Source: an uncultured bacterium (GTDB lineage Bacteria; Electryoneota; AABM5-125-24; Hatepunaeales; Hatepunaeaceae). Taken from it: DNA of 48,101 nucleotides. Below are positions 18,240-26,454 of this stretch, piece after piece (positions within the stretch are counted from its first letter, which is position 1; each line of letters begins with the position of its first letter). The translations under genes were made by a program, and so were the position numbers. A model generated the notes under the pieces. That model worked only from the letters and a program-made list of their open reading frames with translations. It did no database searches and was not told the DNA's origin. The stretch spans positions 1 to 48,101 of the forward strand of contig CAYYHI010000002.1 of the NCBI GenBank assembly GCA_964471745.1. Reading direction: 5' to 3'.

Positions 18240-19757
18240 ATGTTTGCTTCTACAGATTCTAAAATGGAATACGTTGATGTAGAGGATGTTACGGGTTATG
18301 ATGTGATTAGATTATATAACGCAAATAACGGTGATGCGGATTATTTAAGGTTGAATTATGTTACAGCAAATGGTGGCAGTAATTGGGGTTATGGAATATC
18401 GAACTCCAGAGTTTGGTTCGAAGGCTGTGAAGCGAAGGAAAACGATTTTGGAGGGTGCAAAGTTTATATAACTGATCCTCACGACGTTAAAATACTTGGT
18501 TGTAACTTCAGCGAAAACGGCAGTGTTGGAAGTTATGCGGCTGGTTTGTATTGTTCAGGTTCGAACAGTCATCCATTCATCGGATTCAATCCTGAACTTG
18601 CATGGGATGATCCCCAGCGATTTACTCGTTTCTGTCAAAATGAGAAATATGGACTCTGTTGCAGTAATAATTCTGACCCTATTTTAACAGGTCCGGCGAT
18701 TTCGGGGCTTGGGTACGTTAAAATATGGGATAACGATGATGATCAAATATCTGCTAGTAACGCCAGCTGCATACCCGATCTATCCGGGGGTCATAACGAT
18801 GTTTACTCTCCCAACTTCGAGCAATTAGCCTTCGATAACAACACCGGAAGCAGTATAGACGTCGAAGATAATTACTGGGGTACGGATGATCCTGTTACTA
18901 ATGAGGCAAGTCTTTTCGATGGAACTCTGGATTATTCACCCTGGAATATTTCGAGAAGAACATTCGACGTGGAAAACTCAAATCTTTACAGACTGGCAAG
19001 AAACACTTACTTAAGTGATGATCCGGAAGTCATCGGGAGTTCGATTCCTCTGCTGAAAAGAGTCGCAGAGGATGAACAAGCAGGCAGTCACCGTATCCAA
19101 TGTATTAATTATCTGCGTGACGCGTGTGAATGGTCAAATAATGATTTCAATGAACTAAGGGATTATTTTGTTGATTTTGCGGCTGAATGTGGAGATGACA
19201 ATTTGTCCAAATTGGCTTTAAGGCAGTCAATTTGGTGTTTAGTGGATCTCGGCAGATACGAAGACGCCTTAACACAGTTCGCTTCCCAGAGACGTAATGC
19301 TGAAAATCTGGTTGATTCCCTTTGGGCTGCCCTGGATGAAGCTTCTGTCAGACTGATAATGGGTGAGGGAGAGGAAGGCGACGGCTATAATCCCGATTGG
19401 GAAAACCAAATTGATTCTAAAATCAGTGAATTATCTGAGATGCTCGTTCAGGCTGAAGATGAGGTAATTAAATCGTCATCCGTTTTACAGCCATCAAGAT
19501 TTATATTGTACCCGCCGTACCCCAATCCCTTCAATTCCAAAGTCAGTGTATCATTCGACGCCTACAAGGCAATCCGCCCCTGTGTGAGTATCTTTGACTC
19601 AAATGGCAGGTTGATCGAAGTACTGAAGGATAATAACATAGTTATCGGCAGGAGTGAGTTCATTTGGGACGCTCATGGTCGACCATCCGGTATTTATTTC
19701 ATTAATTTGTCATCAGATAATGAGCAGAAATCGGTGAAAGCCGTTCTGGTAAGGTGA
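18240..19757 (+). CDS. C-terminal part of the same beta-helix T9SS cargo gene (frame is open from 17505)
   Basis: It is in the same frame as 16503-17504. I translated 17505-18239 as 245 sense codons with no stop and no ATG/GTG/TTG. It ends with the T9SS CTD YPNPFNSKVSVSFDA...GIYFINLSSD...KAVLVR. Confidence 0.7.
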   Translation: MFASTDSKMEYVDVEDVTGYDVIRLYNANNGDADYLRLNYVTANGGSNWGYGISNSRVWFEGCEAKENDFGGCKVYITDPHDVKILGCNFSENGSVGSYAAGLYCSGSNSHPFIGFNPELAWDDPQRFTRFCQNEKYGLCCSNNSDPILTGPAISGLGYVKIWDNDDDQISASNASCIPDLSGGHNDVYSPNFEQLAFDNNTGSSIDVEDNYWGTDDPVTNEASLFDGTLDYSPWNISRRTFDVENSNLYRLARNTYLSDDPEVIGSSIPLLKRVAEDEQAGSHRIQCINYLRDACEWSNNDFNELRDYFVDFAAECGDDNLSKLALRQSIWCLVDLGRYEDALTQFASQRRNAENLVDSLWAALDEASVRLIMGEGEEGDGYNPDWENQIDSKISELSEMLVQAEDEVIKSSSVLQPSRFILYPPYPNPFNSKVSVSFDAYKAIRPCVSIFDSNGRLIEVLKDNNIVIGRSEFIWDAHGRPSGIYFINLSSDNEQKSVKAVLVR

Positions 19758-19798
19758 TTTGTACTTCTGCTTTAATACGGTTTTATTTACAAATAAAT

Positions 19799-19831
19799 GA
19801 CCATCTTCCCGGTCTATCCGGGAAGATGGTC
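19799..19831 (+). terminator. Strong intergenic hairpin (terminator candidate, no T-run)
   Basis: GACCATCTTCCCGG-TCTAT-CCGGGAAGATGGTC is a perfect 14-bp stem. Confidence 0.4.
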
Positions 19832-19842
19832 AACAACCGGAG

Positions 19843-21375
19843 ATGAAAAAGATGTATCGACATATTAGAACGTTAATTCTACTGATTATAATTCCTGCTT
19901 TATGTTACTCTATAACGCTGGAAAGGATAAATCATTCTTATCTATATAACAGAGGTAGTGGTGCTGGATTTCATTGCATTACCCCCTTGGAAAACGGACA
20001 ATTTCTAATCGGAGGATCTTTCAGTTCTCCTCGGAATAATGAACTTGACTTTTATTTTTGGCTCGGTGAATCAAGCCTTGATTTGGACTCCGTATACTAT
20101 CAAAGACATTACGGTTCCAGTGGCTGCTTTCAATATGCTGATAAAATTGTAATCAGCTCAAATGGTAACTTAGCTCTATTTGGTGAGTTTCTGCAGGAAG
20201 ATCATGAAATCGACAATTATCGAATTGCTGCCTTTGGTCTGGATGAAGATAGAGATTCACTTTGGTATAATTGTTACGGGGAACTTCATCATTCATGTCG
20301 CTTTGTCGATGCAATTGAGAGAAATGATGACGATGGCTATATTATAATATCCCATAGACAGGATGATCTTTATAATGGGTGGAATTACGTGGAATTATAT
20401 TCAATCGATACAGATGGAAATTTGGAGGATATAATTAATTACGGCGATGACGATATCCTTGACGACGATGATTACGGTTATGATCCGAGCGGAATTATCA
20501 ACCTGAATGATGAGGGTTACTTAATCTATGGTAAATATGTTGCTCATGATGGATATAATGCTAGTCGCGGATTTCTAATGCGAATAAATAATGACTTCGA
20601 TATCGAGTGGTCCACAACCATAATAGACAGCATCAGAGGAGAAGCTGTTCATAGTGGCCGATTTAAGTGCGCAATACCTTCTGTTAATGGTGGATTTTTA
20701 TTAGCCGGTGGTACTGATTTGGGAAGACCAAGTAATTATTCTGAAAAACACTGGATTGTAAAAGTAGATGACGAAGGGGATGTTCAGTGGGAAAGGGTAT
20801 ATGTGGATTATTTTGGAGATCGCGATAACTGGTTTAAGCACATATTTGAGACTGAGGATGGTAATATTCTGGCATTTGGTAAGTCAGAGTCATCGGATAC
20901 AGGAGATCGAAGCCCGTGTATTATGCTGGCAGATAAAGACGGGGATGTAATCGAGGATTATATAGTTGAAGAGTATTATAGTACCGATTATTTTCGCGAT
21001 GTGGCGGCAATAAATAATGATGAGTATGTTGCCATTAGACCAGTTGGAATAACAGTAATTAAGATTAATCTTGGGCAAGGTTCAGTTGCTGACAATTTAA
21101 CAACAACCTGCAAGTCATTCAAATTATATCCCGCCTACCCCAATCCCTTCAACACCCAGGCTCGTTTCGTTTACTCGCTGCCGTATTCGACATCATATTC
21201 GCTGTACCTGTACGACCATGCGGGGCGGTTTGTGAGGTCGATGTCGTCCGGTTATGGCGCTGCCGGCGTGCATCACGGCTGGCTGGACGCCGGGACGCTT
21301 CCGTCGGGCAGCTACTACATCCGACTGCTGACCCCGGATGGTTCTGTCACCTCACCGATTGTGATAACGAAATAG
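19843..21375 (+). CDS. Secreted protein of unknown function, T9SS cargo; AT-rich passenger fused to a GC-rich CTD
   Basis: Signal-like MKKMYRHIRTLILLIIIPALCYS. The passenger is D/N/Y-rich. The CTD is YPNPFNTQARFVYSLP...GSYYIRLLTPDG...PIVITK. Confidence 0.75.
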   Translation: MKKMYRHIRTLILLIIIPALCYSITLERINHSYLYNRGSGAGFHCITPLENGQFLIGGSFSSPRNNELDFYFWLGESSLDLDSVYYQRHYGSSGCFQYADKIVISSNGNLALFGEFLQEDHEIDNYRIAAFGLDEDRDSLWYNCYGELHHSCRFVDAIERNDDDGYIIISHRQDDLYNGWNYVELYSIDTDGNLEDIINYGDDDILDDDDYGYDPSGIINLNDEGYLIYGKYVAHDGYNASRGFLMRINNDFDIEWSTTIIDSIRGEAVHSGRFKCAIPSVNGGFLLAGGTDLGRPSNYSEKHWIVKVDDEGDVQWERVYVDYFGDRDNWFKHIFETEDGNILAFGKSESSDTGDRSPCIMLADKDGDVIEDYIVEEYYSTDYFRDVAAINNDEYVAIRPVGITVIKINLGQGSVADNLTTTCKSFKLYPAYPNPFNTQARFVYSLPYSTSYSLYLYDHAGRFVRSMSSGYGAAGVHHGWLDAGTLPSGSYYIRLLTPDGSVTSPIVITK

Positions 21376-21405
21376 GTTTTATAGGCAGGTAAGATAATAA
21401 GGTAA

Positions 21406-21440
21406 CCCCCCCTTGCCCCCCCCCCTTTCGTAAAGGGGGA
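21406..21440. repeat. C-run/G-run hairpin repeat (intergenic copy)
   Basis: C7-TTG-C10-TTTCGTAAA-G5, the same type as the in-CDS copies at 10872-10963 and 31562-31612. Confidence 0.6.
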
Positions 21441-21448
21441 TTTCCTGA

Positions 21449-21508
21449 GGGGAGGTTAGACACTCCTGTCTGACCTTATTTGCACAGACAAGAGTGTCTA
21501 TGCTCCCC
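21449..21508. repeat. Intact 60-nt palindromic element (same family as the outer element at 3374-3590)
   Basis: GGGGAGGTTAGACACTCCTGTCT...AGACAAGAGTGTCTATGCTCCCC. Its reverse complement aligns with 3374-3391 plus 3545-3590. Confidence 0.85.
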
Positions 21509-21540
21509 ATCCTTCATCCCTCATCCTTCATCCTTCATCC
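21508..21540. repeat. Heptamer tandem repeat (CATCCTT)n, about 4.7 units
   Basis: CATCCTT CATCCCT CATCCTT CATCCTT CATCC, read directly. Confidence 0.8.
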
Positions 21541-21679
21541 AATAGGCGCTAATTATTCGTCGTGACCAGAAATATCTTTGCTCCCGGTTTGATAATCTCC
21601 CGCTCTCTTGTATAATTGGCATGATGGACGTCAACAAATCCCAATAAGTAACAAGGGGAACCGGGGAGGAAAAGTCACC

Positions 21680-22813
21680 TTGCAGATCCCTGATGCGCGC
21701 TTCCCAATAATTCTACTTGCCATACTTCTATTCGCTTTAACCGGCTCCGCCTGGTCCGCAGCCGGAAGTAATGAGGAGAACGGTCAATACCGCTTTATCG
21801 CTATGCCCTACCTGGCAGGCGGCAGCGACGAGGGTCTGGAAATCGGCATTACGTCGGGATTGGCGCGCTACCCGGATATGATGATCTACGCCATAGGTTC
21901 ATGGTCAACCAAAGGTTACACCAGCCTGGGCGTACGCGGTGAAAAAAACGCCGGAAGCTACCGCCTGATCGGGAAAGCTTACATCACAAGCATCAAGCGC
22001 TATCTTTATCATGATGAAACCGGTGTACCGGAACCATACGCTTCCGCAGCGGTCAGGCGTTTGGAAGTCAAGCTGGCAGCGCTGCGTAAAGTTCGCGCCA
22101 ACCTGGAACTGGGACCGGAGATGATCTGTGAAATCGCCGACGGCAAAGATGTCGAGGATGCCTATGGTCAGCCCGCTTCGATCGATTCCCTGCCGCGCTT
22201 CGGTTACGGGTCGATCGCACAGATCGGCATACGAGCCCGCTACCGAACTACGAGCAGTATGCGTCCGTTGAACGGTTTGATAATGGACGGATCCGTTCGG
22301 TTGGGAAGGGCGGACAGCGATGTACTCGATAATCCCTCGTTGGATTTCGGGTGCGATCTCTGGGCGGCAGCCGCGCGACCATTCAACCCGCGCACGAGGC
22401 TGTACCTGCGCGGCTGGTGGGGATATCAGCATAGAACATCCCCGCCCAACCGCCTGGCAATCGGCGGCAAATGGACGCTGCGGGGGCAGCCGGATCAGCG
22501 CGATTTCGGTCGGCGCACCATCAACGGTCGCGCACAACTGCATTACCTAGTGATCCCCGAATGGAGCCTGCCGCTAGAGACGCTGCACAACCTATGGAGT
22601 GTCATTCCGGATTACAGAATCGACCTTGAAACCGTCGCTTTCCTCGATATCGGGCGCGTCGGCGATCCGGATTACGGCTGGCGGAAAACTCGCTGTGGAT
22701 GTGGCGGCGGGTTACGCTTCGTCTTCCCCCCGGAGATGGTTTTCTTTTTCGACATTGCCGGTTCATCAGGCGGGGGTATGAGATTTTATATCGGGGTCGG
22801 GGAGACGCTGTAA
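21680..22813 (+). CDS. Omp85/BamA-superfamily-like outer-membrane beta-barrel without POTRA domains (tentative)
   Basis: The ORF track starts at 21608 (TTG). An in-frame TTG at 21680 follows GGAGGA and gives the signal peptide MQIPDARFPIILLAILLFALTGSAWSA. The C-terminal pattern IGGKWTLRGQ...FLDIGRVGD...GGGLRFVFP...FFFDIAG....RFYIGVGETL resembles bacterial surface antigen barrels. Confidence 0.5.
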   Translation: MQIPDARFPIILLAILLFALTGSAWSAAGSNEENGQYRFIAMPYLAGGSDEGLEIGITSGLARYPDMMIYAIGSWSTKGYTSLGVRGEKNAGSYRLIGKAYITSIKRYLYHDETGVPEPYASAAVRRLEVKLAALRKVRANLELGPEMICEIADGKDVEDAYGQPASIDSLPRFGYGSIAQIGIRARYRTTSSMRPLNGLIMDGSVRLGRADSDVLDNPSLDFGCDLWAAAARPFNPRTRLYLRGWWGYQHRTSPPNRLAIGGKWTLRGQPDQRDFGRRTINGRAQLHYLVIPEWSLPLETLHNLWSVIPDYRIDLETVAFLDIGRVGDPDYGWRKTRCGCGGGLRFVFPPEMVFFFDIAGSSGGGMRFYIGVGETL

Positions 22814-22922
22814 ACAGACTGGTGTCACCCGCGGAGGGGCGACACCGGTATCGTTTCTATGCATTGATTCTGTGCCGCAAATGCCCCTATATGAAAGGCT
22901 TCAGAAGCGGCATGATATCTTA

Positions 22923-23384
22923 TTATTCGTTGAGCAGTTCCAACTTCTTGCTGATTCGTTCTCTGTAGGTCCAGGGCGCTACCGGCTTGCGCTGAGACCA
23001 CAACCCTTTCCGAGCTGATCGTGCTTCCTGCTCAAGCTGGGCAAGCGTACTGTCACCAGGCGCGTACTTCCGGGACCACCAGGCAAGACCGCTTTTAATC
23101 AGCTCCAGGTTCAGGATCTTCCCGTCCGGCAGGTTAACCATACCAACCGTGACGGTAACCCATCTACCTGTAGCGAGGCTGTCGGTGAATTGCCTGGCTT
23201 CACGGCTGAACACCTGATTAGTTTCCGGTGTCTCAATTCCATACAGCCGCACAGGTATCACCTTGTCGTCAAGCTGAACCTCGATAGTGTCACCATCGAT
23301 CACCCTCACAACCTGACCGGTGAAATAGAAAGGCACCGAACCGCAAACCATTATGAAAATCAGAACGTAAAGACGAACCATCAC
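22923..23384 (-). CDS. Thermonuclease (staphylococcal nuclease, SNase) homolog, secreted
   Basis: N-terminal hydrophobic segment. SNase motifs are VVRVIDGDTIEV, VRLYGIETPE, REARQFT, LIKSGLAWW and ARSARKGLWS. Confidence 0.85.
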   Translation of the reverse strand: MMVRLYVLIFIMVCGSVPFYFTGQVVRVIDGDTIEVQLDDKVIPVRLYGIETPETNQVFSREARQFTDSLATGRWVTVTVGMVNLPDGKILNLELIKSGLAWWSRKYAPGDSTLAQLEQEARSARKGLWSQRKPVAPWTYRERISKKLELLNE

Positions 23385-23636
23385 TCTACAGTTTTTATTT
23401 TCTTAGTTCACTTTAATAATAACAAAAACATTCACGTTAATCAATACTTCGCATCACCATTTTTCCAATTTTCTTAAAGCTTGACTTCAATAATTGGTTC
23501 CTTGCTGTTTCGTGTGGATATGGTTGACAAACCTATGCGGTTGGACTAACTTATTAATAGGGTTACTTTGTAGTTGTATTAACTTGTGAACAAACCGTTT
23601 ATAACAATATATATACCATAAGAGCAAATTACGGTT

Positions 23637-24740
23637 GTGAATATCACAGATGTGATCGGTGAGGCACAGTTAACCCACGATATACTTGAGGTTGACGGCA
23701 ACATCAGCCGTTTGTCGGCTATTCTCGATCGCGGACATAATGTAACGACCATTACCCGATCGACAGAAACCGCTGTCCTGATTAAGACATTGGCTAAGCG
23801 GAGAAACTACCGGCTGAAGGTTGTCACAGCTCAGTTCCCCCTGATCGATGAGCTGGTCGACCGGAGCTTCGACCTTGTTGTCGGCAGCGGGCGGGCGGAT
23901 AATTGCAGCCCGGAGTTCTTCCGGGAAACGCTGAGGCTGCTGCGACCCGGCGGACGATTGGCGCTGGTCAATCCTGCAATTCCACGAGAACAGGTATCAA
24001 AATATCTTGTCGCATCCGGTTTTGAAATCGAACCGGTGGCGAGCGAAGATAGCCTTTCGGGTTGCGATCCGGACGAATTGATACATTGTTTACGTCCGCT
24101 GAACACCACCCCGGGAGTTCCCGCCCGCACGGTACTGCGAACAGAGCGGCTTCACATGCGACCCTGGCACCGCGAAGACATGGATGCCGAGGATGATTGG
24201 CACGACTTTGACAACCCGATTTACCGCCACTACAACCCTCCACATGACGCACAACCGGAGCGCGATATCAGGTATCGTAAGATCGTCGGTTTGTTCGACC
24301 AGAAGCTCGCCATATCCGATCGGGACGGTCTTGTCGGATACATTGCCCTATTCGGTACAGATCCGGAAGAACTTGACTCCGAGATGGGGATCAACTTCGC
24401 TGCCCACCGTTGCAATCGAGGCTACTGCAAGGAATCACTGCGGAAGCTGTGCGACGAGTATTTCCATCACTGGGGAATGGAGCGGATGCGGCTTGAAGTT
24501 GCACGGTTCAACGAATTCGGTATCCGCTGCTATAAAGCCTGCGGCTTCCGGGAAGTGAAACGCTTCTGGAACCCGCGCGCGCCTCAACGCCTGTTCTTCA
24601 ACGAGGATAACCCGCGACTGGCGCACGTCAAGCAGTTCTTTCGCCGTGGACCTAACGGCTACGAGGTAGAATTTCTCAAGATGGCGGTTACGAGATTTGA
24701 ATATGCTAAACTGCGTCAGAATTCTCGTGCCGATCGCTAA
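23637..24740 (+). CDS. Two-domain protein: class I methyltransferase-like N-domain fused to a GNAT acetyltransferase-like C-domain
   Basis: The N-half has FDLVVGSG and LRLLRPGGRLALVNP, but motif I is degenerate (LEVDGNIS). The C-half has RCNRGYCKESLRKL...GMERMRLEVARFNEFGIRCYKACGFREV, which is GNAT-like. GTG start. Confidence 0.55.
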   Translation: MNITDVIGEAQLTHDILEVDGNISRLSAILDRGHNVTTITRSTETAVLIKTLAKRRNYRLKVVTAQFPLIDELVDRSFDLVVGSGRADNCSPEFFRETLRLLRPGGRLALVNPAIPREQVSKYLVASGFEIEPVASEDSLSGCDPDELIHCLRPLNTTPGVPARTVLRTERLHMRPWHREDMDAEDDWHDFDNPIYRHYNPPHDAQPERDIRYRKIVGLFDQKLAISDRDGLVGYIALFGTDPEELDSEMGINFAAHRCNRGYCKESLRKLCDEYFHHWGMERMRLEVARFNEFGIRCYKACGFREVKRFWNPRAPQRLFFNEDNPRLAHVKQFFRRGPNGYEVEFLKMAVTRFEYAKLRQNSRADR

Positions 24741-24866
24741 TAGTGAATATGAAACCTTTTTTTATCCGCTTGGCGAATACATTCTTTCAAGACCATACAA
24801 CCTGAAGCTCATCAATATACTATCGTTCAGTTTGCAGACAGTCAAGATATTAACACAAGGAATAAC

Positions 24867-26303
24867 ATGCTGATAAAATTTGCCGCTATTGCGATTTTCA
24901 CACTTGTAATCGTCATTATCGGGATCCTGGGACTGCGGAAGACTCGCTCTTTCTCAGATTTTTTTCTGGGTGGTGGACAAATCGGCCCCTTGATGACAGC
25001 ATTTACGTATGGCACGGCATATTTTTCGGCGGTTCTGTTTATTGGCTTTGCGGGAAAGATAGGATGGAGTTTCGGGTATTCTGGTTTATGGATCGCTGTA
25101 GGTAATGCGCTGGTCGGTGTCTTCTGTGTCTGGATGTTTATGGGAGCGAGGATTAAGAGGATTTCCATTGAATATCAAGTTCAAACGATGCCGGAGTACT
25201 TTGAAAAACGTTACGGGAGCAAATTCCTAAAGCTGTTTTCATCGGTGTGTATCTTTGTATTCTTCATCCCCTATTCTGCTGCTGTTTTTATGGGTTTATC
25301 CTACCTGTTCAGAGCGACGTTCAATATTGATTACACGCACGCGCTGCTTTTTATGGGAATTTTAACTGCGCTTTACCTTGTCTTAGGCGGCTACAAATCA
25401 ATGACCATGATTGATGTAGTCTTCGGCATGATTATGATCGCAGGCGTCATTATCCTGTTATGGAATGTCATTGAAAAGGGTAATGGTCTGTTAAACATAA
25501 CAGCAGCGTTATCATCTATAAATCCCAAGTTGACCAAATTAATCGGACCACCGGGATGGTGGTCGCTCTTCAGTCTTATCTTCCTGACCTCCGTCGCACC
25601 CTTTGCCATGCCGCAGCTAATCCAGAAATTCTATGCTATTAAAGACGAACGGTCAATCAGAATCGGTATGGCGGCTTCAACTTTTTTCGCCATTCTGGTT
25701 GGAGGAATAGGTTATTTTACCGGAGCTACGACGAGATACTTCCTGTCCCCTGGGAATGCGCCCGATGCTTTCAGTAATGGAAAACCGGTTTTCGACGCTT
25801 TAATGCCGGAACTGTTGGTTAACGTGATCCCCGAAGCCCTGTCTGTTATAATCCTGCTGATGATACTATCAGCCTCGATGTCAACCCTAGCTGCATTGGT
25901 GCTGATCTCCAGCTCATCTATTGTAAAGGATGTCTATGCGGGATTTATCAACAAGGATGTTTCTGATAAACAATTGACCATGCTGATGAGGTTCTTAAGC
26001 GTGTTTTTTGTTACTTTGTCGGTGGTTATAGCATTCTATAAGCCGGCGACCATCGTTGCTATTCTCGGGATATCGTGGGGAGCGATCGGTGCGGTATTCC
26101 TCGGACCGTTTATATGGGGATTATTAAGCCGGAGGGCTAACAAATTTGGCGCCATCACTTCATCAATCCTCGGTCTGGCGGTCTGTCTTGTTTTATACAT
26201 ATCGGGTTTACCTTCACCTGAAGCAGGAACTATCGGCATGATCGTCTCTTTGACTGCTAATCCGATATTCAGTTTCTTAAGCAGAATACGAACAACAGAT
26301 TAA
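24867..26303 (+). CDS. Sodium:solute symporter family (SSF) transporter
   Basis: 478 aa with about 12-13 TM helices. The N-terminal FFLGG....G...TAFTYGTAYFSA and the overall layout are typical of SSF (PanF/PutP-like) transporters. Confidence 0.8.
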   Translation: MLIKFAAIAIFTLVIVIIGILGLRKTRSFSDFFLGGGQIGPLMTAFTYGTAYFSAVLFIGFAGKIGWSFGYSGLWIAVGNALVGVFCVWMFMGARIKRISIEYQVQTMPEYFEKRYGSKFLKLFSSVCIFVFFIPYSAAVFMGLSYLFRATFNIDYTHALLFMGILTALYLVLGGYKSMTMIDVVFGMIMIAGVIILLWNVIEKGNGLLNITAALSSINPKLTKLIGPPGWWSLFSLIFLTSVAPFAMPQLIQKFYAIKDERSIRIGMAASTFFAILVGGIGYFTGATTRYFLSPGNAPDAFSNGKPVFDALMPELLVNVIPEALSVIILLMILSASMSTLAALVLISSSSIVKDVYAGFINKDVSDKQLTMLMRFLSVFFVTLSVVIAFYKPATIVAILGISWGAIGAVFLGPFIWGLLSRRANKFGAITSSILGLAVCLVLYISGLPSPEAGTIGMIVSLTANPIFSFLSRIRTTD

Positions 26304-26382
26304 CCCATCGCATTTTTCTGTGACTCGAAAGCGTTATTCCTTATTACACTCAGTAATCCCTACTTAATTGCTTAACTTCTAC

Positions 26383-26411
26383 TTGATTAAAAGACACATG
26401 GCATGTATATT
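26383..26411 (+). promoter_or_regulatory. Sigma-70-like promoter
   Basis: TTGATT-N17-TATATT, 44 nt upstream of ATG 26455. Confidence 0.4.
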
Positions 26412-26454
26412 TGCACATTAAAGTATCTTACAACGTAAACGAGCCCAATATCAC

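Noticed and set aside
26399-26415. TGGCATGTATATTTGCA upstream of the first GT2 gene as a second sigma-54 promoter.
   Set aside because: The GG-to-GC spacing is one nucleotide too long (12 versus 11 between the second G and the G of GC), and sigma-54 is intolerant of spacing changes. The same DNA fits a sigma-70 TTGATT-N17-TATATT promoter.
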